Positions 46,697-56,163 of a stretch of DNA of 64,000 nt are shown here, piece after piece. Under the pieces are notes generated by a model. The model did not search any database, was not told where the DNA came from, and saw only the letters and a list, made by a program, of their open reading frames with translations. A program made the position numbers and the translations under genes. Each line of letters begins with the position of its first letter. Positions within the stretch are counted from its first letter, which is position 1. Origin of the DNA: a bacterium (GTDB lineage: Bacteria; Acidobacteriota; Thermoanaerobaculia; Multivoradales; J023); assembly GCA_024226315.1 (NCBI GenBank), contig JAAELT010000489.1, positions 4,830 through 68,829 of the forward strand, read 5' to 3'.

Positions 46697-47659
46697 ATGT
46701 CCGAGAACCGCATGCTCAGCCTGGTGGTGCCGATCTTCAACGAGCGGGAGAACGTGCGCGAGCTCCACGAGGAGCTGGTGGCGGTGCTGTCCGATGAGTT
46801 CGAGGCGTTCGAGATCCTGTACGTTGACGACGGCAGCACCGACGGGACGACCGCGCTCCTGGAAGAGCTGGTCGCCGGCGAGGAGCGGGCTCGCCTCGTC
46901 GTCTTGCGGCGAAACTACGGCCAGACCGCGGCGTTTGCCGCCGGCTTCGAACACGCCAGGGGCGAAATGGTGGTCACCATGGACGGTGACCTGCAGAACG
47001 ACCCCGCGGACATTTCCCGACTGCTGGCCGAATTCGACCGCGGCTATGACGTGGTGAGCGGCTGGCGGGTCGAACGGCGGGACAATCTGGCCCGCCGGCT
47101 GCCGTCGGTGATCGCCAACCGGCTGATCTCGGCGGTCACCGGCGTCAAGCTCCACGACTACGGCTGCTCGCTCAAGATCTACCGGTCCGAGATCCTTAGA
47201 GACGTGCGCCTCTACGGCGAGATGCACCGCTTCCTGCCCGCGCTGTGCGCGTGGCAGGGGGCCTCGGTGACCGAGGTCGCCACCCGCCACCGGCCCCGGA
47301 TCCGGGGGACCTCCAAGTACGGTCTGGGCAGGACGTTACGGGTGATCATGGACCTGCTGACGGTCAAGTTCCTGATGACGTTTTCCACCCGGCCGCTGCA
47401 CGTGTTCGGCATCCTGGGCCTCGGCTCGTTCGCCTGCGGCATGGCGATCAACCTCTATCTCTCGTTCCAGAAGCTGGCGCTGGGCATGGCGATCGGAGGG
47501 CGGCCACTGCTCCTGCTCGGAGTGTTGCTGCTCTTCACCGGCTTTCAGTTCATCAGTTTCGGCCTGCTGGGAGAGATGCTGGCGCGCATCTACCACGAGT
47601 CGCAGAAGAAACCGATCTATCAGGTTCGGCGGGTCGTCTCGGGCGGTGGTGAGCCATGA
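46697..47659 (+). CDS. family-2 glycosyltransferase, polyprenyl-phosphate sugar synthase type (GtrB/ArnC/DPM1-like)
   Basis: Start MSENRMLSLVVPIFNE. DxD motif (VDDGSTDGT; MDGDLQND). Two C-terminal TM helices. 320 aa. Confidence 0.85.
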   Translation: MSENRMLSLVVPIFNERENVRELHEELVAVLSDEFEAFEILYVDDGSTDGTTALLEELVAGEERARLVVLRRNYGQTAAFAAGFEHARGEMVVTMDGDLQNDPADISRLLAEFDRGYDVVSGWRVERRDNLARRLPSVIANRLISAVTGVKLHDYGCSLKIYRSEILRDVRLYGEMHRFLPALCAWQGASVTEVATRHRPRIRGTSKYGLGRTLRVIMDLLTVKFLMTFSTRPLHVFGILGLGSFACGMAINLYLSFQKLALGMAIGGRPLLLLGVLLLFTGFQFISFGLLGEMLARIYHESQKKPIYQVRRVVSGGGEP

Positions 47660-48354
47660 GCACGGTCCGTGAAGCGGAGTACGCCGAAAAGGGCGACTAC
47701 CATCGCCACCTGGACAAGAACTGGCGCTACTACCCGATCTATGTCGCCAAGATGGAGCGGGTTCACCGCGTCCTCGAGGGCCTGCCGAAGGAGGCGCGGA
47801 TCGCCGACCTGGGCTGCGGTGAGGGCGTCCTGGTCGAGGAGCTGCGGGCCAGCGGGCGTGATGCCATCGGAGTCGACCTCAACTACGAGTCCGAGCACGT
47901 GGTGAAGGACGACATCACCGGTACCCGCTTCGAGGCCGGCAGCTTCGACGTGATCCTGTGCCTCGACGTCTTGGAGCATCTGCACTTCGAGGACCAGGTA
48001 AAGGCCCTGGCGGAGATACGTCGTCTGCTTTCCCCGGGCGGTCGCCTGATCGCCACGCTGCCGAACCTGGCGCACTTCTCGTCCCGGATCGCGTTCCTGC
48101 TCCTGGGAAAGCTGCTACGCACCTCGGATATCGAACGCCACCCCGGGGATCGCCCGATCGGCGAGTACCTGGATCTGCTCGAGCCCGGCTTCGCAATCGA
48201 GAAGCGGCAGGGGATCTTCCCGACCTTCCCCCTGTCGCTGTGGCTCACCGTCAAGATCCCGGGCAGGATGGTCGGCTGGCACCGCTTCCTGAACACCTTC
48301 TTCGCGGTGCCCGGCTGGTGTTTCTTGAACCTGCTGGTCTGCCGGCGCAAGTAG
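47656..48354 (+). CDS. class I SAM-dependent methyltransferase
   Basis: Start overlaps GT2 stop (ATGA). Motif I ADLGCGEGVL. Motif post-I ILCLDVLEH. 232 aa. Confidence 0.75.
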   Translation: MSTVREAEYAEKGDYHRHLDKNWRYYPIYVAKMERVHRVLEGLPKEARIADLGCGEGVLVEELRASGRDAIGVDLNYESEHVVKDDITGTRFEAGSFDVILCLDVLEHLHFEDQVKALAEIRRLLSPGGRLIATLPNLAHFSSRIAFLLLGKLLRTSDIERHPGDRPIGEYLDLLEPGFAIEKRQGIFPTFPLSLWLTVKIPGRMVGWHRFLNTFFAVPGWCFLNLLVCRRK

Positions 48355-48372
48355 AGAGCTCGCGCCGCTGAC

Positions 48373-50106
48373 TCAGTCCGGTTTCGGCGGGCTCGCCCTG
48401 CCGACCCTCTGCATCCGGTGGAAGGTGTCGTCTCCCGCGAGCCTGACATAGGCACGCAGCCCGAGGGGATCGTCGCCGACCACGGCATAGCCCATCCAAC
48501 CGGAGTCGATGGCGTCCGGATGGACGGCCTGGGCGACGTCGCGGCGCGGCTGTCCCACGCAGACCTTGCCACAGATCGCGCCCTGGCGGTCGAGCACCAG
48601 GACTTCGGCGATCTCGGTGTCGGGGCCGTACGCCCAGCCGGCGACGCGCGCGACGCCTCCGGGCAGCCCTTCGATGTTGTCGAAGAAGGCTCGCACGCCT
48701 TCGATGCGCCCTTCGCTCAAGAGGGCTGGGTCGACCACCTCGCCCAGCCGCAGGACCAAGTCGCGATCGAAGGGCACGTGCCCCGACGCTTTCAGGTAGG
48801 GCCGCAGGTTCAAGACGTGGATGGGCCACGGGGCGACCGCCTTGCGGATGACCTCTTCGTCGGGGATCTTCTGGACCATCGCCATCTCGGCGACGCACTG
48901 GCGGCTACCGCGGTGGACGAAGCGCTCCACCACCGGCCGCCCCCGGGCTTGCATCGCCGCCCCGGCCGCCGCCGCCAGGCCGGCAACGGCGAGCAGCGCG
49001 GCGATCCGGGCGCCGCGCTTCGCCGGACGCCAGCGCCACACCACGATGCCCAGCGGCGTCAGAAGACCGATCCAGAAGAGCGCCGACAGTGACGCGTAGC
49101 GCGACGACAGGGCCTGGTTCTCGCCGAAGCCGGATCTCCCGATCGCGGAGACCAGGGCGTTGCCGCCGCCATAGAGCTGGAGCATCAGCCACGGCGCCAG
49201 CTCTGTCCTGCGTTCGGCCGAGCGCAGGAAGAACACTGCCAGGCCGCAGCTCAGGATGCTGGCCACGATCCCGATGCCGCCGAGCAACTTGGCGGTCTCG
49301 AGATCGCCGTGGAACAGCGAGCCGAGATAGGCGGCCGCGTAGCGCAGCAGGCTCCATGGATTGCGTGTGTTCATCTCCGGGTGATAGGGAAGCGGCTCGT
49401 ACGACAGCGCGAAGAGCGTGACCACGACCGCCATGCCGGAGCCGAGTGCGATCAAGCCACGCCAGCCGAGGCGCAGGAAGAGGCCGCCCGCGATCAGGGT
49501 CGGCCACAGCACCAGGTGGGTGCTGTGACTGAAGGCGGCAGCGAGGCCGAAGAGCAACACGGGCCACAGAGACCACCAGTCGCCCTCTCCGGCGCGCTTC
49601 GCGAGAACGCCGACGGCGGCCACCGCCAGGGCGTTGGCGAAGAACCAGATGCTGCCGCTGAAGCCCATGGCCACGTTGTGGGCGGCCAGCGGCGTGTAGC
49701 AGAAGAGCGCCAGGACAAAGCCGAACACTGCCTTCGCCCAGGGGCTCGAGCGGATCTCGGGGTCCAGCTGACGCACCAGCAGCACCAGCACGATGGTGAG
49801 CAGCAGCAGGGAAAAGAAGGTCAGCCCGAGATTGTGACCGTCGGTGAGGGCGATGTTCAGGGCGTAGAAGAGGACCGGCAGAGTGGTGCGGTGCTCGTTC
49901 GACTTCAGGTTCAACCAGCGCCAGGGATCGCTGGTCAGGGAGTCGCCGTCGGTGAGCTCGAGGAGTATGGGGTAGTAATCGTTGTTCTGCAGCCGGCCGA
50001 AGCTGGTGAAGTCCGCGAGGTAGATCCAGATCGGCGAGCAGATGACCAGCCAGGTGAGGACCCACACGGTTTTCGAAGCGGTGTTCGGGCGGATGAAGGC
50101 CATCAC
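48373..50106 (-). CDS. polytopic GT-C-fold-like membrane protein (ArnT/PMT/GT39- or GT83-like) with soluble C-terminal domain
   Basis: ~11 TM helices in the first 380 aa with a conserved acidic loop near the N-terminus (YLADFTSFGRLQNNDYYP). ~190-aa soluble C-terminal domain. Start overlaps stop of the upstream sulfatase-like gene by 4 nt. Confidence 0.5.
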   Translation of the reverse strand: MMAFIRPNTASKTVWVLTWLVICSPIWIYLADFTSFGRLQNNDYYPILLELTDGDSLTSDPWRWLNLKSNEHRTTLPVLFYALNIALTDGHNLGLTFFSLLLLTIVLVLLVRQLDPEIRSSPWAKAVFGFVLALFCYTPLAAHNVAMGFSGSIWFFANALAVAAVGVLAKRAGEGDWWSLWPVLLFGLAAAFSHSTHLVLWPTLIAGGLFLRLGWRGLIALGSGMAVVVTLFALSYEPLPYHPEMNTRNPWSLLRYAAAYLGSLFHGDLETAKLLGGIGIVASILSCGLAVFFLRSAERRTELAPWLMLQLYGGGNALVSAIGRSGFGENQALSSRYASLSALFWIGLLTPLGIVVWRWRPAKRGARIAALLAVAGLAAAAGAAMQARGRPVVERFVHRGSRQCVAEMAMVQKIPDEEVIRKAVAPWPIHVLNLRPYLKASGHVPFDRDLVLRLGEVVDPALLSEGRIEGVRAFFDNIEGLPGGVARVAGWAYGPDTEIAEVLVLDRQGAICGKVCVGQPRRDVAQAVHPDAIDSGWMGYAVVGDDPLGLRAYVRLAGDDTFHRMQRVGRASPPKPD

Positions 50107-52295
50107 AGGTACCCCAGGGCCTCGAGTCGTTTGCGGTCTTCTTCGGACAGCGGCTCCGCCCCGGGCGCGATCTCTTCGGCCGGTGAGGCCAGCATCTGCT
50201 CGATCGCCGCCCGGCGCTCAGAGTCGCGGGGACAGTCGTCGTCGACCCAGGCGCCGTCGACGACACGGGAGCAGCTCTCGCCTTCGGGCCACCAGACGTG
50301 GCGGAAGTCGGCGGACTGGAACCCGACCAGATGCGGCGCGAGCCGCATCGGCCCGCGTAGCGGATGCACGATGCTCTCGTGCTCCTCCATGATCACGAGC
50401 TCGCGGGAACCGCCGCCAGGGATGCCGGACGGTCCGAGTGCATGGCCGTCCGACGGCGGCGCGGGCACACCCGCCGCCTCCAGGATGGTGGGGAAGACGT
50501 CGACGATCGACGCCAGGTCGGAGACCCGGGTGCCCTCGCGCTGGCGCGGCCACTTGACGATCAGCGGCGCGTCGATCAGCTCGGCGTCGAGCCGATGGCT
50601 GTGGCCGTGGAATCCGTGCTCGCCGAGCAGCTGACCATGATCGGCGGTGACCACGATCAGCGCGCGATCGAAGATGCCGTCGCGCTTCAGCCGCTCGAAC
50701 AGCCTGCCGATCTGCGAGTCCTGGAACGCGACCTCGGCGAGATAGACCGAGCGGACGTAGGCCAGCACCTCTTCGGGAATCGGATCAAGGCCGGCGGTGA
50801 GCTTCTGCCACTTGCCGGCCTTGCCCTCGATCGTCGCCTGCCAGGCGTCCGGATCGGCGAGCTGGTCGCGGGCGCCCTCGACCCCCGCGGCGGCCTTCGC
50901 CTCCTCCGGCGGCTCGTATGGGCCGTGGGCGTCGAAGTAGTTGAGAAACAGGAAGAACGGCCGATCGCCCCAGGCGTCGAGCACTTCCAGGGCGTAATCG
51001 GTCATGCGATCGCCGCGGGTCCCGCGAGGGTCTTGATCGCGGTACTGGTGAAAGCTCTGGCCGAGGCCGAAGCGGTGTGCGGTGAGCGGTCCGCCTGAGA
51101 CGCCGGCGGTGTAGTAGCCGTGGTCGCGGAGCATGCCCGCGAGCGACGGCAAGCCGCCGTCCAGCTTGTCGTAGGCGACCCCGGCACCGTGCCTCGACGG
51201 GTACAGCCCGGTGAACATCGAGGCATGGGAGGGAAGCGTCCAGGGGGCGGTGGCGTGAGCCTGATCGAAGACGGTCGCTTGCCTGGCGAAGGCGTCGAGC
51301 TCGGGGGTGATCTCCGCCGGCGCGCCATACGGCGAGAGCGCGTCGCGCCGCGTAGTGTCGAGCGACAAGAGGATGACCGGCGGCCGGCGTTCCAGCGGCC
51401 GGCTCTCGGCCGCGGCCACGACCACCGGAGCGCCCCACAGGAACGGTCCGGCGGCGCCATTCTCGGTCGCCACCTCGAAGCGCAATCGGTTGCGCCCTTT
51501 GGTGAGAGGCACCTGGAAATGGTGGCGCCCCTGGGCGTCGAAGACGTGCTCGGAGCCGGAGTCCGGCGCGCTGATCGCGAAGCGCGCCCGGCCTTCACCG
51601 AGGTTCTCGCCGGTCACCCGTAGAGTGGCCGGCTGGTCGCGGTAGATCTCCATCTCCACGGTGCGTGGCTCGAGGAAGAGGAAGCCGGAACGCCTCTCCT
51701 GGTCGTGGCCGGTTGCGCCGAGCTCCACGAAGCTGCCCAACTGACGGAATCGATCGACCTCCTCCGGCGCCAGCCGGTGGTCGGTGCCGGCGCTCCGGAA
51801 GCCGATTTCCGCGAACACGTTCTCGATCGCCGACGGCCCCGACTCCCAGCGCGGCCCTCGGCGCCGGATCAGCCGCAGGTCGTGATCGCCGGGCGTCAGC
51901 TTGTCGGTCGGGATCTCGATCTCCAGCCCGTCGGCATCCACCGAGACCGGATCCTCGAACAGAGGCACGCCGTCCCAGTGGAGGAGGAACCAGAAACCGG
52001 CGCTCTCAGCGGCTGGTCGCAGCGTTACCGTCACCGGACTCTCCGGCGTCTCTCGGACGTACCACCACAGAGACCCCTGGCCGCGGAACGTCCACCCCTG
52101 ATTCCCCTCCGCGACGTCCCAGCGCCGCCCGGGCGCCACGATTACCGGCTCGTCGGCGTAGATCAAACCGGAAAGCAGTGACAGGTCCCTGGGCAGGTCG
52201 GAGGACGGAGCTCCGCAGCCGAGGCCGACGGCGCAGACCAGGAAGACGAGGATCTGGAACCGGTCCCGGCGGGGTCGAAAGCACGACGACGTCAT
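50103..52295 (-). CDS. sulfatase-like hydrolase/transferase of the alkaline-phosphatase superfamily, with N-terminal lipoprotein-type extra domain
   Basis: Lipobox-like LGCG after signal sequence. Catalytic-core pattern ILLSLDTTRRDALSPYG … PNIDAFA-like … HxxxH/DHG. No C/S-x-P-x-R formylglycine motif, so it is of the Thr-nucleophile (LtaS/EptA/phosphoglycerol-transferase-like) type rather than a classical arylsulfatase. Confidence 0.75.
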   Translation of the reverse strand: MTSSCFRPRRDRFQILVFLVCAVGLGCGAPSSDLPRDLSLLSGLIYADEPVIVAPGRRWDVAEGNQGWTFRGQGSLWWYVRETPESPVTVTLRPAAESAGFWFLLHWDGVPLFEDPVSVDADGLEIEIPTDKLTPGDHDLRLIRRRGPRWESGPSAIENVFAEIGFRSAGTDHRLAPEEVDRFRQLGSFVELGATGHDQERRSGFLFLEPRTVEMEIYRDQPATLRVTGENLGEGRARFAISAPDSGSEHVFDAQGRHHFQVPLTKGRNRLRFEVATENGAAGPFLWGAPVVVAAAESRPLERRPPVILLSLDTTRRDALSPYGAPAEITPELDAFARQATVFDQAHATAPWTLPSHASMFTGLYPSRHGAGVAYDKLDGGLPSLAGMLRDHGYYTAGVSGGPLTAHRFGLGQSFHQYRDQDPRGTRGDRMTDYALEVLDAWGDRPFFLFLNYFDAHGPYEPPEEAKAAAGVEGARDQLADPDAWQATIEGKAGKWQKLTAGLDPIPEEVLAYVRSVYLAEVAFQDSQIGRLFERLKRDGIFDRALIVVTADHGQLLGEHGFHGHSHRLDAELIDAPLIVKWPRQREGTRVSDLASIVDVFPTILEAAGVPAPPSDGHALGPSGIPGGGSRELVIMEEHESIVHPLRGPMRLAPHLVGFQSADFRHVWWPEGESCSRVVDGAWVDDDCPRDSERRAAIEQMLASPAEEIAPGAEPLSEEDRKRLEALGYL

Positions 52296-52583
52296 AGAAC
52301 GCCCGACTATACCCGAGGCAGGATCAGAAACGGGTCGCTTCCAGACCCCGGGCGAGCTTCGAGTTGCGCGCGGTCGTCGAGAGCCTGCGCGAGCGTCTGG
52401 CGGAGCTCGCCGGGCGCGATAGAGGGAAAGAGCGCAGAGAAGCCACTGATTGAGTCTTCCGCCGTCGCGGATAGACGAAACAGCTACGCTCTCGCGCCTG
52501 CCGAGGATATGCTTGCCACCCCAATGAGGACGGGTGAAGCAGGTTCGGCGCTGGGCTATTGCCTACGCGGCGAGATCGGGGGC

Positions 52584-54422
52584 ATGGAGCAGGTCTACCT
52601 GCTCAAGCCGGGCACCAACCAGCTCGGCTCCCTGGCCAACAACGAGATCGCCTTGCCGGCGAACGGCGTGTCGCGTCTGCACGCGCGGTTGATGCTGGTC
52701 GACGGCGAGCTCGAAGTCGAGGACCTGGCGAGCAAGAACGGCACTTTCGTCGCCGGCCGCAAGGTCGAGCGGGCGCGGTTGCTTCCCGGCCAGGTGGTGC
52801 GGTTCGGGCCGGTACCGCTCAAGTTCCAGGAGCTGCACCGCGACGACGCCGAGCTGGCGATCGCCTTCGAGCCCGCGATCGCCGACCAGACCGGCACCGT
52901 GCCGATCGTGCAGTCGCCAGCCAGGGGTCTCGCGGCCTCGATGGCGGCGCAATGGTTGCGCGTCGCCGAGGTCTTTCACTACCACCTCTACGGCAAGCCC
53001 GAGGGCGACCTCGGCGCGGCGCTGGGCGTGCTGGTCGACGAGCTCCATCTCGAGGGCGCCGGCATTCTCGAAATCCCCGAGGACCAGTACCCGATCGTGC
53101 TCGCCGCCTCGGGCCAGGTCGCCCGCGCGGCCACCGACGAGCTGCGCCGCGTGTGCACCGCCTACCTGGCCTCGAGCATGCGCTCCGACGTCTTCTTCAA
53201 GACCACCGCCGAGACCTCGCCGCCGATGACTCTGACGGTCCTCAGGAGCCCCGGCGTCGACCCGCTGGTGCTCGTCCTCTGGGGCGGCTTCCCCGGCCGC
53301 GCCAACTGCGAGCAGCTGCTACGGGTGTTGGTGAGGATGGTCGGGCCCTGCCGCCCGCGGCTCGAACCGTCGGGCGGTGAGCGTCGGCCGCGGGATTTTC
53401 CCGGCCTGGTCTTCCCTCCCGACTACGTCGACGCCCAATCAGCGGCGATGAACAAGATCTACCGCCTGATGCAGACCCTGGCGTTGGGCGACCTGCCGAT
53501 CCTGATCGTCGGCGAGACCGGCGTCGGCAAGGAGTACCTGTCGCAGATCCTGCACGGCTCCTCACCGCGCCGCAAGGGCCCGTTCGTGGCGATCAACTGC
53601 GCCGCCATTCCCGCCGAGCTGCTGGAGGCGGAGCTCTTCGGCATCGGCGAGGGCGTGGCCACCGGCGTCTCCGCCAAGGAGGGCCGCCTGCAGCTGGCCG
53701 ACGGCGGCACGATTTTCCTGGACGAGATCGGCGACATGTCGGCGGACCTGCAGGCCAAGCTACTGCGGGCATTGCAGGAGAAGGAGGTGCACCCGGTGGG
53801 TCGCGATCCGGTGCCGGTCGACGTGCGGGTACTGGCGGCCACCAACCAGGATCTCTCGAAGCGCATCGAGGACGGCTCGTTCCGCTCCGATCTCTACTAC
53901 CGTCTGGCCGGCTACATGCTCGAGATTCCGCCGCTGCGCGACCGCCCGGAGGACGTTCCGGCCCTGGTCGAGCACTTCCTACGCACCTGCGCCAAGGAGC
54001 TCGGCCGGCCGATTCGCGGCCTGACAGTGCGTGCCCTGCGCCTGCTGTGCGACTATCCCTGGCCGGGCAACGTGCGCGAGCTGTCCAATGAAGTGCGCCG
54101 GGCGGTGTACCTGTGCCCCGAGAACCGCACCGTGGAGTCCTCGATCCTGTCGCAGGCGATCCGCGACCACGAGCCGCCCGAGCCCGGAGAGAACCGGGGC
54201 GATTCGAGCCTGCTCGAGACCCAGGAGACCGACGACCTGCCGCCGTCGATGGGGCTGGGGCTCGACTCGCTCAACCTGGAGCAGCTCGAGAGCCAGGCGA
54301 TCGAGGAGGGCCTGCGTCGCTGCGACTACAACCAGGTGCAGGCCGCCAAGCTGCTGGGTATCTCGCGCCAGAGCCTGCGGCGGCGGATGGAACGGTTCGG
54401 GTTACTCAAGCCCTCGCACTGA
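52584..54422 (+). CDS. FHA-domain / AAA+ sigma-54-interaction-type / Fis-HTH enhancer-binding-protein-like regulator (paralog of 12332-14197)
   Basis: Start MEQVYLLKPGTNQLG. FHA region. AAA+ region with GETGVGKE, FLDEIGDM, and GIGEGVATGV in place of GAFTGA. C-terminal HTH VQAAKLLGISRQSLRRRMERFGL. Confidence 0.85.
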   Translation: MEQVYLLKPGTNQLGSLANNEIALPANGVSRLHARLMLVDGELEVEDLASKNGTFVAGRKVERARLLPGQVVRFGPVPLKFQELHRDDAELAIAFEPAIADQTGTVPIVQSPARGLAASMAAQWLRVAEVFHYHLYGKPEGDLGAALGVLVDELHLEGAGILEIPEDQYPIVLAASGQVARAATDELRRVCTAYLASSMRSDVFFKTTAETSPPMTLTVLRSPGVDPLVLVLWGGFPGRANCEQLLRVLVRMVGPCRPRLEPSGGERRPRDFPGLVFPPDYVDAQSAAMNKIYRLMQTLALGDLPILIVGETGVGKEYLSQILHGSSPRRKGPFVAINCAAIPAELLEAELFGIGEGVATGVSAKEGRLQLADGGTIFLDEIGDMSADLQAKLLRALQEKEVHPVGRDPVPVDVRVLAATNQDLSKRIEDGSFRSDLYYRLAGYMLEIPPLRDRPEDVPALVEHFLRTCAKELGRPIRGLTVRALRLLCDYPWPGNVRELSNEVRRAVYLCPENRTVESSILSQAIRDHEPPEPGENRGDSSLLETQETDDLPPSMGLGLDSLNLEQLESQAIEEGLRRCDYNQVQAAKLLGISRQSLRRRMERFGLLKPSH

Positions 54423-54427
54423 GGAAG

Positions 54428-54475
54428 AAATCCCCCCTCAGTCCCCCCTTTTCCAAAGGGGGGAAGTCAGAATAG
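54428..54475 (+). promoter_or_regulatory. conserved C-run/G-run hairpin that includes the Shine-Dalgarno of the PLP-decarboxylase gene (copy 2 of 2)
   Basis: gaaatcccccctcagtcccccttttccaaaggggggaagtcag. Same architecture and ~85% identity to 838-885. The G-run lies 13 nt upstream of the ATG at 54482. Confidence 0.45.
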
Positions 54476-54481
54476 CGCGTC

Positions 54482-55918
54482 ATGAAAGATCTTTCGGCAG
54501 GCGACCTGGATCGCCGCAGCGCGCGGCTCGCCGCCGCCTACGATCCGGAGCGCTTCGCCCGCGAGTCCGCCACGGTCACCAAGCTGGTGCACGACCACCT
54601 GGAGCGGGCCGCGGATCGCGACCGCCCGGTCTGGCCCGCCACCGAGCCGGACGAGCTCTACGAGCGCTGGCCGGACCCGGAGTCTGCGCCGCCGGCCGAG
54701 GCCCACGAGCTGCTGGCGGAGGTCCTCGCCGACTCCACCAGCCAGCACCACCCGGGCTTCATCGGCCAGCAGCTCTCGGCGCCGCCGCCGGTGGTGGGGC
54801 CGGTGGCGATGGTGTCGGCGATCCTCAACAACAGCGTGGCCATCTACGAGGGCGCGCCCGTGGCAACGGTGCTGGAGCGCCGCGTCGTGTCGTGGATGGC
54901 ACGCAAGATCGGCTACGGCGAGGGCGCTGGCGGCGCGCTGACTTCCGGCGGCACCCTCGGCGCGCTGACCGCGCTGCTGGCCATGCGCCAGGCCAAGAGC
55001 AGCGGCGATGCCTGGCGTGACGGCCTGGCCGGCGGCGAACGGTTGACGGTCTTTGTGTCGGACCAGGCGCACTACTGCAACGGCCGCGCCTGCGCGGTGC
55101 TCGGCCTCGGTGAGCGGGCGGTGATCCCGGTACCCACGGACCGCACCTTCCGCATGCGGCTCGAGTCGCTGCGCGAGTTGCAACGCAAGGCTCTGGACGA
55201 GGGCCGGCGTCCCGTCGCCGTGGTCGCCAACGCCGGCTCCACCGCCACCGGCAGTCACGACGATCTCTTCGCCCTGGCGGACTTCTGCGGCGAGCACGGC
55301 CTGTGGCTCCACGTCGACGCTGCCCACGGCGGCGGCGCGCTGGTCAGCTCGCGCTACGCCTCTTTGCTACGCGGCATCGAGCGGGCCGACTCGGTGGTCT
55401 GGGACGCCCACAAGATGCTGCTGATGCCGAACCTGTGCACCGGCATCCTGGTGCGCGAGGCCAGGCACCTGAGCGTAGCCTTCCGCCAGGACGCCGCCTA
55501 CCTGCTGGCCGAGGGCGAGGCACCCTGGTACCAGCCGGCGGCGAGGAACTTCGAGACCACCAAGCCGGCCATGGCCCTGCCGCTCTACGTGGTACTGCGC
55601 ACCCTCGGCGCTGGCTACGTCGCCGACTGCGTCGACTACGCCTACGACCTGGCGCGGGCCTTCGCGCGCGAGATCGAGGAGCGGGACGATTTCGAGCTGC
55701 TGGTGGAGCCGGAGAGCAACATCGTCTGCTTCCGCCGCCGCGGGCCGGACGACCTGCAGGTCGCCTTGCGGGAAGGGGTCAACCGACGCGGCCGCTTCTT
55801 CATCATGAAGACCATGCTCCGGGGCGCCGTCTGGCTTCGGGTGGTGTTGATGAACCCGGCCACCCGCATCGGCGATCTGCGCGATCTGCTCGCGGAGCTC
55901 GCTGATAACGAGCCTTGA
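54482..55918 (+). CDS. PLP-dependent group II decarboxylase (aromatic-amino-acid / 2,4-diaminobutyrate decarboxylase family)
   Basis: …SGGTLGALTALLAMRQ…VSDQAHYC…LHVDAAHGGGA…DAHKMLLMP, with the PLP-Lys in the HKM motif. 478 aa. Confidence 0.85.
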   Translation: MKDLSAGDLDRRSARLAAAYDPERFARESATVTKLVHDHLERAADRDRPVWPATEPDELYERWPDPESAPPAEAHELLAEVLADSTSQHHPGFIGQQLSAPPPVVGPVAMVSAILNNSVAIYEGAPVATVLERRVVSWMARKIGYGEGAGGALTSGGTLGALTALLAMRQAKSSGDAWRDGLAGGERLTVFVSDQAHYCNGRACAVLGLGERAVIPVPTDRTFRMRLESLRELQRKALDEGRRPVAVVANAGSTATGSHDDLFALADFCGEHGLWLHVDAAHGGGALVSSRYASLLRGIERADSVVWDAHKMLLMPNLCTGILVREARHLSVAFRQDAAYLLAEGEAPWYQPAARNFETTKPAMALPLYVVLRTLGAGYVADCVDYAYDLARAFAREIEERDDFELLVEPESNIVCFRRRGPDDLQVALREGVNRRGRFFIMKTMLRGAVWLRVVLMNPATRIGDLRDLLAELADNEP

Positions 55919-55959
55919 TCGGCTTCTTCGCGCCCGCGGAGAGCCCTCACATCGGCCGG

Positions 55960-56163
55960 AGTGGTGTTTTCGCGTTCGCGAAAAGGCCGCTCATCGCTCG
56001 TTGAGTCTCTTCGCAAACGCGGAGCGACGAATCATCGCTGGGGTCTTCCGTTCGCAAACGCGAAGCGTCGAAACGTCGCTGGAGTGGTGTTTTTTCGAAC
56101 GCGAAAAGGCTGCGCATCGCTTGCCTGAGTCTCTTGGCGAGCGCGAAGAGGCCGCGCATCGCT
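55960..56163. repeat. ~41-bp tandem array, 5 units of alternating A/B type, each ending in CATCGCT with a TTCGCG-NN-CGCGAA-like dyad core
   Basis: A units: ggagtggtgttttcgcgttcgcgaaaaggccgctcatcgct and ggagtggtgttttttcgaacgcgaaaaggctgcgcatcgctt. B units: cgttgagtctcttcgcaaacgcggagcgacgaatcatcgct, ggggtcttccgttcgcaaacgcgaagcgtcgaaacgtcgct, gcctgagtctcttggcgagcgcgaagaggccgcgcatcgctt. Confidence 0.7.
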
